From the NCBI GenBank assembly GCA_001179505.1, contig CDMY01000462.1:7852-71851 (forward strand): DNA of 64,000 bases, in the 5' to 3' direction. A program made the position numbers and the translations under genes. The notes beneath the pieces are model-generated. The model was not told the DNA's origin. It searched no databases and worked only from the letters and a program-made list of their open reading frames with translations. This document shows, in pieces, positions 37,406 to 48,769 of this stretch (the stretch's first letter is position 1; each line of letters opens with the position of its first letter). Source of the DNA: Vitrella brassicaformis CCMP3155. Taxonomy: Eukaryota; Protista; Chromerida.

Positions 37406-38450
37406 TCAGTCAGGTTCTTGCTCCTTCTTGTCTTCGTGCTCGAGGCGGTCGATGATATAGTCGACGACCCTCTGGGCGCCCTTGCCCCCCTCCTCGGTCA
37501 GCAAAATGTCGTCTTGCATGGTCCTGACAAACTTGTCTGTCGCTCGGTCGTAGTACCAGAAGCTCCATCTACCGCCGGCAACAGTCGCACACTGCTTGAT
37601 GTCGTGCACGCGCATGAGCCACTTGAGGTCGGCCGTCACCTTCTTGCACCCGTCAGTGAAGTGGACAGCGGCAAACAGCGTCCCGTCGAGCTTGTAGTTC
37701 CTGACGGGCACACAGACACATACACACGTGAAGCCTCTCTGAGAAGGCGCGTTACTTGCTTACCCTTCGCTGTCGGTTATGAGGGCCGTATTGAGGCCAT
37801 CCTTCTCGATGAGGTACAAGCCATACTCATCAGCGATTCCAGTTTCGAGATCGACGTCGCGTTTGTCATCTGGTCCGTCAGCACACCACACGACGACACG
37901 CCAGTCGGTCTGACGAACCAACTCGTGCATCTGCACCAACGAAGGAATGACGGTCAGCTGAGCACACTGTCTGTCTGCATCACGCGATCTGCCCACCTAC
38001 CAAGGGGTGGACGTAGTACATAGAGTGAGTGGCTGTCCATTGCCGAAACCTCAATCTGCCCCTCGTGTCAGCCACACGCACCCCAACCGCACCACACACG
38101 ACAGACAAACCAGTGTCAATCAATAGCCTAGGGAGTGCCCCTCTGTGTGTGTTACTTACTTGGATTGGATTCCCGATGCCCCCCTCGGGTGTGCGGCATC
38201 GCAAAAGAACTGACACAGATCGGCCGGCACCACCACCTTCGGCAGCGGCTTCTGGCGGTTCGCCATCACCGCCTGCGACTTCGTTGGCGGAAGTGCAGAA
38301 GACACTGAAGCCTCGACATGAGGAAGGTGTGGCGCCTGCTGAAACGAGGACATTCACGTGTACACACATGCACACGCACAAAACTGTGCATCCGTGGTCT
38401 ATGAATCCGTCAGTTGCCATCAACGGCCGCACCTGGTTGTCTGAGTCCAT
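37406..38450 (-). CDS. Hypothetical protein (5 exons)
   Basis: Exons join in frame: MDSDNQ|QAPH...IQSK|LRFRQWTATHSMYYVHPL|LTVIP...TDSEG|NYKLDG...KEQEPD*. Canonical GT-AG sites. No family recognised. Confidence 0.7.
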
Positions 38451-38874
38451 CGAAGTGGCCTTCTGTTCACGCCTGATGGCAGATCTGACATGCCGATGAT
38501 GCGGTCTGCCGCTGCTGATGGGCGGTGCTGCAGGGATGAAGGAAGAGGCTTGCACAGGACATTTCTGGAGCACACAGGCCAACCACACCAGTCCAGCACA
38601 AACATCACGAAGGGAGAGCATCCTGTTGCTTGCTTCTCCTTTTCATGCCACGGTCGAATATCCCCTCACTTGGACCGTTTCACACGCCGCCCTGAACCTC
38701 GAGCTCGCAAAACTTTCTTCCGCATTGCAATTGCTGGTCCATTGCAGAGCTCATTGCCTGCATTGCTTCAGGCAAGCTGGGGGAAAGAAAACGACACTCT
38801 TGCTGCCGTCATTTCGGTGACGCTCGTGTGTTTATCCCTCCGTGTGTATGCGCAGGAGTTGGCGGCGGCCCGCC

Positions 38875-41800
38875 ATGCAGTCGGTAGACGTGCCGACGGA
38901 TGTCCACAAGATTCTGGAGGAGCGAAAGTGCAGACACGCCATAAGACAAATCCTCTCAACTGAAGTGGAAAAGGTCATTGAAAGAAAGGGCCCACTCTGA
39001 TGCACCTGGCATTCCTTTGTCGTTTCATGCCGTGTCTGTGTGCCTGTGCATTGCAGATGAAGAGTGAGCTGTTCGCCTCCCATCGTAAGCTGCGTCAGAT
39101 GCGCGAGGAGCGCATAATCTTGGCTGACACCATCACGGGCGGCGGGCGGGTGTCCAAGAATAGCGACCTCTACAAACGCATCCGAGACGCAGTGGTGCAC
39201 GGCACCATCCACAGGGCATTGGAAGTAAGCCAGACGATACATGAAAGAAAGAAGGGCATTTGGATGGATGGATGGATGGATGGATGGATGTGGGCATGCG
39301 TCGTTGTCGTTATCATTGGTGTGTTGTTTGTATGCAGCCTCGGTGGATCCGCGATAGCCTTCACCCGGTCAAGTTTGCGTGCCCGCCTTTCGATAGGTGC
39401 GCACAATGAAACGACACACAGGGACACCAAATGCATTGACGTGCCGTTGTTGTGTCAGTTGCTGCGGCGTGTTTTGGAAGGCCGATGCGGAGTCCTATGT
39501 CGCGACCAAGAACCGCATCATCCTGGGCGAGTACACCGGCCTGGTGTGCCCCAAACCATCCAACATGACCCTCATCGCACGCACCACCACCGAGACACTC
39601 ATACCGACACACCTGGACGAACAAGAGGTGGTCAGTCCCTTATAATGATGCCAAAGCAATCTGATCCGCTTCCACCTTTTTTGTCTATCGGTGGTTTGTC
39701 AGGATGAGGGCGAGGTTGAGCTCGAGTGCGAGCCTGATGCCCGCTTCCCCGCCCCCGCCGACGAGTCCGTTGCAGACAAGGACAACGGCGACGACAATGC
39801 CAGCTCGGCGCTTGATCAGGAGTCCAGTATCGAGGAGTGGAGTGAGGGGGGCGCCAACACCGACCACAGGAAGCCGCGCTCTCAGATCGGCTCGGTGAGG
39901 GGAGGCGCGTCGGCGTCGGCGTCTGGGCGGGCGGCGAACGGGAAAAATGGCAGTGCCGATCCAGCTGTCGCTCTTCACGAGGCCGAGAGGCAGAGACAGG
40001 TATGCATGGATCATGCAGGTCATGCTTGTGGTCCCACCTGTCTGTCTGTCGGTCTGTCTGTCTGTCGTTCAGAGGAAGAACATGTATATTTTCAACCTTG
40101 ACTTCCACCGGAAGGCCTACAAGGACGAGAGGAAACGGTCGCTCTACCCCACCACACACGGGTAAATGGCACGAACAACACGAGTGGGCTCGTTGAAGTA
40201 CCTCTGTCTGTGTGTGTCTGGCGTTTTCGTTGGCCGCTTTAGTTCGTTGCCGCTCCGCAACATAGTTGTAGACGCATCGGAGCGCCTCAAGTGAGCACAC
40301 AGCCCAGCAAAATGAAATCGGAAGACGACAGAGAGATGTTTGTGTGTGTGTGTGCCTGTGTATCTGCGCACAATTGTCAGCGAGATGGCGTTGGTCAACC
40401 ACTTTTCGTGCATCCAGCTGGTGAGCCACCTGCCCAAGGCAAGGAACGCGAAGGCCAATGCAGAGTGGCACCAGGTTAGCCTTCAATGCGTTCACAGAAC
40501 GACAGCCCACAGTCACACATCGAAAGCAAGCATCGATTGCTTGTTCGGTAGGTGTTGGTCGACGGCTGGCCCCACATCATTCTCACGACCGTTCCAGGCA
40601 CACCGATCAACCCAAATGTGAGTGCGGCGTACGGGGACATGGCTGCATGGCTCTCTGGTTGGTGTGTACCCCTCTTCTTTGGTTTCCTAGGATGAGATCT
40701 TGGCTGACTTTGGCGGCGATTGGTTCAAGAACGTCATCAGGTACCACCGACATACACAGCAGCCATCCATCCACTCATGCATGCGCACCCCATATTCGTC
40801 TTTGTGTGAAGGCTGGCGAGCCAGTTTCTGTACCGCGAGCTGACATTCTACCGCAGCGTGGCGTTCAAGCAGTTCAATCGCGACTGGCTGAGGAGCCAGA
40901 TCGACCACATCGCCGCAGAGGCCGCCGTCAAAGTCGAGTGAGTCAGCACACGTTCACACCCATGCCTGTTGTTATCCCTCTGTCTGTTCTGTCTCTTTCT
41001 GTGTGTGTGTGTGGTTGCGCTGCAGCGAGACGGACAAGGACATATGTTGTGAGATGGATGACCCTTGCGCCATCTGCCTCAATAGCAACGCAAACGGCCA
41101 GCGGGTAAGCAACCCACCACACAGAGGAAACAATTTTGTTCTCCCGTTCTCATGAGTCGTTTTATTTCACTGTGCATATACTTGTCAGAATTTGGCGGTC
41201 GTGTGCGACGGCTGCAATCGCTGCTATCACCTGAGGTGCTTGGGCGTCGATCCGCGGCAGCCAGTGCCAAAGGAGGAGTGGTTCTGCGACACGTGCTGCC
41301 TGCACGCCGAGTGAGTGAGCATAGCATAGCATAGCAACCAACACACGCATGGACGAATGCATTTTCTCCCATATGCAGGCGCGTGACGTCCACCTTGCTG
41401 CAGCTGAGGGATGACGCCCGTCTGCACTACATGAACGCCAAGCACATCGACCGGCTAGCCGCCATGCCCGAGCCGGAGGGCGTCCCGTCGCAGCAGGACG
41501 TCCGCAGGAGCACCCGCAGTTGGCAGGGCCTCTACTTCAACCACACCAACCACGACAGCAAGGACCTCGAGCCGCCCAGCCACTACAAAGCCGACCTGAT
41601 GGCTGCCAAGGGACCTCTCAAGTACACACACAGAGAGAAGAGATGGCCCACAGCCCCCACTCCACCATCACGTGTACCTCTGTGTGTCTGTCAGTCGGAG
41701 GAACTTCATGTCGTCAAATCGGGCGTGTGTGCCGGGCCCCCCACCGTCCGACGGCGACCAGCCAGCAGCACCACCGACCCGCAACACTGGCGGCGACACA

Positions 41801-44245
41801 TCGAGAAGCGAGGCTGACGGGGGGTCCTCATGCACATCGCCCGCCACTAGCGAGGCGCATGATTTCCTGCTGTCGATGTACAACATAACGTGCGGCGACA
41901 GCAGGATATTCCATTCCTTCGATGACCCCCTCACCAACAAACCCAGAGAATACCTGGTTACGCGCCATTGAGACATTGAGACACGACTCTATGCGTGTGT
42001 GGTGGATGCAGGGCATCGTAGAGTCGGGGGAGTTCACTCGCAAGGGCACTCTGGTGAATGTGTACTACCCTGAGGACGGCGAGCGACACACACACATTTT
42101 CGAAAAGGCACGTATACACGAATGGACACAAAGACACAGAGAGACACACATATGCGCAGCAACATGATTTCTGTGTGCTTTCTGGGTGCGTGTATGCGTG
42201 CAGGAGTTGTGTCTGGAGCTGGCGAAGCATCGGAGGAATCGCATTGGACGTGAGACCAGCGACAACTGAAACAACCACCCATTACACGTGTGTGTGTGCG
42301 TGCGTGCAGGCACCAGGAATTCCGTGTCATGGTGGAAGCCGTAAGCACCGCACACCACCCACGCCCATCTACTGGCCATCTTGACTAACAGATGTGTGTG
42401 TTCGTTCCCATGTATGTGTGCAGGCGTCGTGTGATGTGTGAGTGCCCTGGCTGCTTCAAGTGGATCGAGTCGCGCGACATGCACAAGGCCATCTTCTGCA
42501 GCAGATGCCCTGCTGCATTCCACAGGCAATGCTGCACCGGTACGCATACGCGAAATGCACTCCGCCCCTTCCACCCAACACACACCTCCCTCCCTCCCTC
42601 TCTCTCACTCCTGGATGTGTGCAGATGCGCCTGCCGCTGACGCCCCACCGTCCCAGTCATGGACATGCCCGTCATGCGCCAGGTCCGATCCACCCTGCCC
42701 TTCCCCCTGCCCCCCTCCCCCTCCCCCTCCCCAGCCACTCGTCCCCGCCAGCCCGTCGGTCGTTTGTGACGAGCCAGGCAGGCCACCCGACTCGCCAGCT
42801 GGCGCTATGCGTGGTGGTGGGCGCAACATGGAGGCCGCCAGGGGCGAGGGGCAGCCTGCTGCTGCTGCTGCTGCTGCTGCGGATAGCGATGGGGATAGGG
42901 AGGCAACCGCTGCAGCAGAAGACCTGGACGCGGTCGAGCTGCCGAGCGATATCGAGCTAGCCGGTGAGATGATACCCGCATGCGCATTTGATGCATGGAG
43001 ACGGTGGGTGCGTTGTGTTCCCCCTCTCTGGGTGCAGCGTCATTCCTCCTGGGTCGTCCCGAGGTGTTGCCTCTGACGGCTGAGCAGGCCACCCGTCTGC
43101 CGCCCGCCACACAAGACGCCGCCCTGCCATATCTGCTCGAGTGGAGGGGCGCTGGCAAGGGATTTGTCGTGATCACTTTCCCCCACGGCGACACCTCCAT
43201 CCGCAACCCCCCCAAGACCTCATTCCCCTCCCGTGGCCGTATCGGCAGCCTCGAGCAGCTGAGGGCGGCGTTTCGCGAGGCGGTGCACTTCCATAGGAGA
43301 CACAATGACGAGTACATCCGGTGAGGGATCGCATATGAGAACCAGGCGGTGGTTTGTGTGCATTGAGCCAGTGTTGGAATGCAGCAAGCCCACGTTGCTG
43401 CCCGCAAAGTTGCGTGAGGACAGGGACAAGGACGAGGGCCACCGAATCATCACACAGCACGGTATATGGGACCAACCAGCCAGTGTATCTGACACACAAA
43501 TCCTCACCCTTTGTGTTGGTGTTGTTCTTTCTGGCCTGCATATACAGCTTCCGAGCTGCTGCAGTCGTTTGCCGCGCCCACCAATGGCAGAGTCGCCCTC
43601 AAAAAAGACCCCAAATCAAGAAAACCAGAGTCAGCGATTGATCCTTCCACTCCCTTGCTCACCTCACAGATATGTCCGTATTCGATCTCTCGTCGGTTTG
43701 TGTGCCGTGCATGCAGGTTCCATGTGCGTGTGCCCGACGAGGTGGTCAATGTGATCGGCCCCCCCGCCAACTCACTCCCCAACCCCCTCATCGATCGCAA
43801 ACGACAACGACCCTCAGTCGCACCACAGCCGGCCGCAACAGCCGACAAGGACAACAAGCCCACCAGCAGCAGACGGGACGAGAGGACATTCAAATTCGAC
43901 ATGCCCGAGCGGCACCCCACCCCGGCAGACGTGCAGGACATGTCTCGGCGATGCGAGCGGTACTGCGAGGCGGTCGAGTCCGCTCGTGGGCGTCTCGAGG
44001 CCATTGCGGCGCAGCGTGAGTGGGAGAGGAGACGGCAGGAGGCCAGAGAGAGGGGCGAGAGCCCGGGGCGGCCTGTGCGGATGGGCGGTGAGGAGGGATC
44101 TGATGTGGAAGAAGGGGAGGAGGAGAGCGAAGAGGAGGAAGACCGGGGATTCGACAATGACAGGCTGCAGCCGGTCGCCAAGGCTCGACGGACCGAGCAG
44201 CCACCAACTGCTTTGCAGCAGACTGCAGCCGTGGCCATAGCATGA
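38875..44245 (+). CDS. SET-domain protein with PHD, Tudor-like, second PHD and a possible AP2-like domain
   Basis: SET motifs: GVFWK...ILGEYTGLV; IVVDASERL|NEMALVNHF; VLVDGWPHIILTT; DEILADFGGDWF. PHD1: CAIC...CDGCNRCYHLRC...WFCDTC. Tudor-like: YL|GIVES...VNVYYPEDG. PHD2: CPGC...CSRCPAAFHRQC...WTCPSC. AP2-like segment at 43125-43305. The start codon is tentative. Confidence 0.88.
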
Positions 44246-44623
44246 CAGACTGACGTATCCAAGGCTTCTTTTGTCCCCTCTCTCTCTCTCTCTCTGTATC
44301 GCATTGGCTGGGAATTGTTGGGCCGCTAATGCGGTCCTGTAGAGATGCTTGTCGCCTTTGCGACTGCTGCTGTATAGCATCTATGTATAGCGGGGGGAAA
44401 AGGGAAACAGGTTGACGCATCCATGTGTGTGGATGAATTCGTGATGGCTCTGGCCCTTGGCAGACTCTGCCAAGGTCCGATGATCCGTGTTTCGTGTGCA
44501 AACCGAGCAATTGACCATCTATACCAACGTCTCCAAGATTGTCCACATGCCATCATGCATCCATACAGGCAGACGCTCACACACGCTCACAGCCATTCAT
44601 TCCCACAGAAAGTGTCGTGTCCC

Positions 44624-47278
44624 TCACTTCTTGCCTCTTCCTCCTCCATTCAAGAAAGCTAGCATGCTCGACTGCCCTGCGATGTGCTTCTCCCTCCCCT
44701 TGATGCCACCCCCAACCCCAATACCCGCACCACCCCTGCCCTTCGCCTTGCCGTGCTGCCCCTTGCCCCCAATATCCTTGATCACCGCCTTGCCCCCAAC
44801 CACCTTGCCCCGCCCCTTCTTGCTCCCCTCCGGCGTGTCATCATCTATGACGATCTCCACTCGCTCCGGCTGCGGGACTGGGCGAGACGCAGCAGCACCA
44901 TCAGCACCAGCACCATCACCAGCATTGCCATCTGCTGGGGTGACCGGCACCTGTCTGTGCGGCTTCGGCTGGGCATCTTGTGGGGCAGGGGCAGCTGCCT
45001 TTGGGGCTTTGGGCATCACAGGTGGGCGGGGAGGGTGCTGTCCCGGTGGCTGTGGCTGTGGGTCGGCAGCTGCTGCAGCAGCAGCGCCCGGGGCGTGTGG
45101 CTCCGGCTCGCCCACCTCATCCCGACGGCCATTGACTAGCGTCTCACCAGCCGGGCCCGTCGGCAGGATGGGGCGCTCTACGGGAACGATGCGGGGAGGG
45201 GCGGGTCTGAGAGGCGGGCGAGCGGGGGCTGGCCTGTCGTCCATGTTGGACTGTTGCCGGCTGAGTGGGAAGACCTTCCCCGCTCCCGGCACCCTCCGAT
45301 CGTCCTTGGCCTACGTCCAACCATCCCTCCATCCATCCAGACAAGATTTCCAGGCAGGTCCTTCACGTGCGGTTTTGTTTCCTTCTCACCTTTTTCTTCG
45401 GCGGCCGCAGGATCGCATCGCCAAAAATATCCTCCTCCTCCTCCTCCCCGACCCCACCATCGTCACCGTCAGCAGGCCGCTTCTGTTGGCCCGACGCGTC
45501 GGAAGCCGCAGCGGCAGCGGCAGCGGCACCAGCATCCGTCGCCGCCTTGAGCTTCTGCCTTGCTTCACGCAGCAACTTCTTGAGCCGCTTGTTCTCGTTG
45601 ATGGCCGCCCCCTCCTTCGTCTGCGCCCTCTCTACCTCTCTGCAAAGCAAAAAGGCGAAGGGAAATGCGAAAAGGGGGTGGCGGCTTGACATGTGGTCTG
45701 ACTTTTCTAGCCTTTCCGCTCGTTCGTTGGCCGTCTGCTGCGCCTGGCCGGCTTCGTCGCGCTCTCTCTCTACCCGCTTCACTTTGCTGAAGAGACCAAT
45801 CAACAGACGCACAAAGGTGGCTGGAGTGATATACGGTCATGAGAAGTTGGCCGACCATCTGTTGTCCTGCACAAGCGACATGACAACGAGACACGTGCGG
45901 CGTGTGTTGGCATGGGACTCTCCTTTGCTATGTGACCTTTTCTTTGGTCATGAGGCCCCTGAGCAAGGCCTGTAGGTCACCCTGATGGCCAGACACACGC
46001 AGTAAAGAGCCGCAGTGGAGCACGCACCGAGTGTGTCATTGTCGTACTCACATTGTACTGCTTGACAGCGGCATAGTACTGCTGCTCATTGGTACTGGTC
46101 TCGTATCTGAGAGAGGAGGACAACACAAGACATACAGGGCACGGGGCCGTTGAAGTTCCTCTGGGTCACATACACACGTACATTTCGGCCCGCTTGGCCC
46201 TGTCCTTCCATTCGATGAGCTCGGTCTCCGCCTCGAGAAGCCTGGTCGTGGCGTGAGCCTTCTCCCCATAGAGCTCCCGGCTGCAGCCCAAGACATCAAG
46301 AAGCCAACAGACAGGTGTCACGTGCCTGGGATGACCGGGAGGATGTCGTTGTCGTGCCTACTTCTGGTCGACGAGTTTTTGTTTATCCTTCTGCAAATTA
46401 CTCAGCAGCTTCTGAGAAACACATACGCACAAACCAACACGCCAAAGTGTACTCACGCGGAAGTTCCAAGAGTGGATTTGTCCCTTGCGTGTTCTCACCT
46501 CCCGGCTGTGGAGCTTCTGTGCGGCGGCCTCCACTTCCTTCTGTGCCGCCGCCTTCTCCTTCCCCAACGCCCCCACTCGCTTTTGCAGCCGCTCGTTCTC
46601 AGCCTACACCCACACACCGAAGGCACACCGCAGCGCACCAGATGCTTAATAAGGCGGCTGCCCCTGAATCCGCCATCCATCGCAGTCTCTCACCTCAAGT
46701 TCCTCTATGCGTTCGTCGTCCTCCTCGCCACTGCTATCCCCGCCCTTTGCAGCCGGCTGCGCCGACTCTGCCGGGGCCGCACGAGGCTTGCGACGCTTCA
46801 TGTCTGCACATCCACACACCCATCCACACACAACACACAGATGTTCATCCGGCGAGGTGAAAGTGGTCTGAGATGATGAATGATACACTTGGTTCATTCA
46901 TTCTCCCGTGTGTGCGCACCGTATTCGATGTGTACTCTGAAGGGCTGCAGCGGTTTGCGGCAGCCGGGGCACGTCGGGTGCTGCCGCTGCGACTCCCAGT
47001 TGTGCAAACTGCCATATCCAACGTTCCCACGGCGATGAAGACAGAAAGAACATGTATGGACGCATTTCATTCCAATGAAAGACAGGCGTACCAGTTGCGA
47101 TGAAAGACATGCCCACACTCGGGATTCGCCGCATACTGCAGAGAGAGAGAGAGATGGAGCGAAGAGGTGGCACTGCAATGAGGGCGGCGGCTGCATCGAC
47201 TGGTTGCCCACTTACCGGCGGGTTGTCATCGTCGCCAAGGAGTGCCTCGTAGCAGATGGTGCACCGTGCCTTGGCCAT
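44624..47278 (-). CDS. TRAIP: TRAIP/NOPO-like RING-H2 E3 ubiquitin ligase with coiled coil and C-terminal PIP box
   Basis: Spliced N-terminus MAKARCTICYEALLGDDDNPP|YAANPECGHVFHRNC|LHNWESQRQHPTCPGCR is a RING-H2. It is followed by a long coiled coil, a Pro/Gly/Lys-rich tail and QSSMLAFL near the C-terminus. Confidence 0.8.
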
Positions 47279-47491
47279 CGTCAACGATTAATGCTACTTT
47301 GGAATGAAATCGAGCGGAGGGGGATAGGGTGTACAGCGGTTTCACGCTCGCTTGGCTTGGCGTTGCGGTGCCATATATCGTTTCGCGGTGCGAGTCACTG
47401 ATGTGTGCGTCTACACGACTCATAAACTGTAGCACCGCAATATGCACCGCAACGAAAAAGACTCAGCAGGCGACGGACCTGCCTCCCCTTT

Positions 47492-48599
47492 CTACGCCCC
47501 CTTCTTGCCCGTACTGAGCTCCACACACTGGGACGCCCCGGGGTAGGCCGGCAGCTCTAGCCTGTACTTGCGCTGAATGCTCGACGGCACAAACCGACCA
47601 CCCAGATAGTGACGACCATAGAAATGCTCTGCACCTGAGACAGAAGGAAAGTAACACCGTCAACCCTCCCACTGATGAGTGCTTCAGGTGCCGTGCCTAC
47701 ATTTCTTGGGGGCGGTGAGTGAGACGAGCACATCAGGGATGACTGCGTCGCCATTCCCCTGCGGCCCCTTCTCGACGTCCCACCCGCTCGGCGCATCCAC
47801 CGCCACAATGGTGGGCTTCTTGGGCTGCCCGGAGGACGTCTGGATGCGCCTCAGCTCGCCCAAGATAGCGTCGTAGGGCGGGCGGACAGCTCCACTGAAA
47901 GAGAAGCCGAAGAGTGCGTCGATGATGACGTCAGCACTTGCGAGGGAGGAGGGGAGAGACTCCTGCCAGTGACACACACACACGCACACACGCACACACG
48001 CACACAGAGTGACGTTCGGTCAACGCAGCTCTCTTTACTGTCGTATGTCGCACCTCCACTGGTATGTTTGATTCTTTGAGCTGTGTGACGAGCGAGCTGT
48101 ACCACTCCTTCTTGCCCACCTTGGGGTATACCACCGTGACGTCGTGGCCGAAATGGAACAGGTGGCGCGCAGCGACCAGCCCATCGCCTCCGTTGTTGCC
48201 AGGTCCGCAGAGCACCACGATCTGCATGGACGACTGCTGGCTGAGATCTTGCACTGCCTGCGCCACCGACAGCCCCGCCAGCTCCATGAGCTGCTCCAGG
48301 CAGAAGCCGCACGGACCCATCAGCTCATCGTCGAGCGCTGCCGACTCGCTCTGACCCAAGTACTGCACACCACCCTCATCGTGAGCAACACACCCGAGCG
48401 TCATCGATTCATGAGATAGGCATTGTGTTGTGTTGTGCATTGTCGTTTGTACCCTGACGTCAGCCATGGTGCTTGTGCGCGGAGATGAGAGGGGCGCAGT
48501 GTACGAAATGTGCCGCAGAAGGCCCGTCAGGCGGCTCGTTATGTGGAATGCTCGCGTGGTCAGAAAGGGGAGGCTCCAAAGACACAAAGTGGCGCGCAT
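47492..48599 (-). CDS. NAXE: NAD(P)H-hydrate epimerase (YjeF N-terminal/AIBP family)
   Basis: [66 protein letters not shown]|[14 protein letters not shown]. Confidence 0.97.
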
Positions 48600-48657
48600 C
48601 AGTGATCTTTATGGCCTGCACTCATTCTGCTGCGTAAAAAGGCACTCCACCTCCCGT

Positions 48658-48675
48658 TGCGAGCTCGAGCTCGCA
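48658..48675. promoter_or_regulatory. Perfect 18-bp palindrome TGCGAGCTCGAGCTCGCA in a 170-bp divergent spacer
   Basis: The sequence equals its own reverse complement and lies between ATG 48599 (-) and ATG 48770 (+). Regulatory role is inferred. Confidence 0.5.
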
Positions 48676-48769
48676 CAGGTCGGGTGAATCAACCGACTTC
48701 AAAGCTCCCCTGAGGCGCAGGTGGTGCCACTGATACTGCTCTGATCCAGATCTTTGGTCTCGAGGCTCA

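Noticed and set aside
37406-38450. tRNA 2'-phosphotransferase (Tpt1/KptA) assignment
   Set aside because: The QGHS and HGT motifs are absent, so it is left as hypothetical.
41957-42011. Apparent frameshift or premature stop in the SET gene
   Set aside because: A 55-nt GT-AG intron restores the frame (REYL|GIVES), so this is not a pseudogene.
44487-45689. 400-aa plus-strand ORF
   Set aside because: It is the antisense shadow of the GC-rich TRAIP-like exons, with no motifs or splice support.
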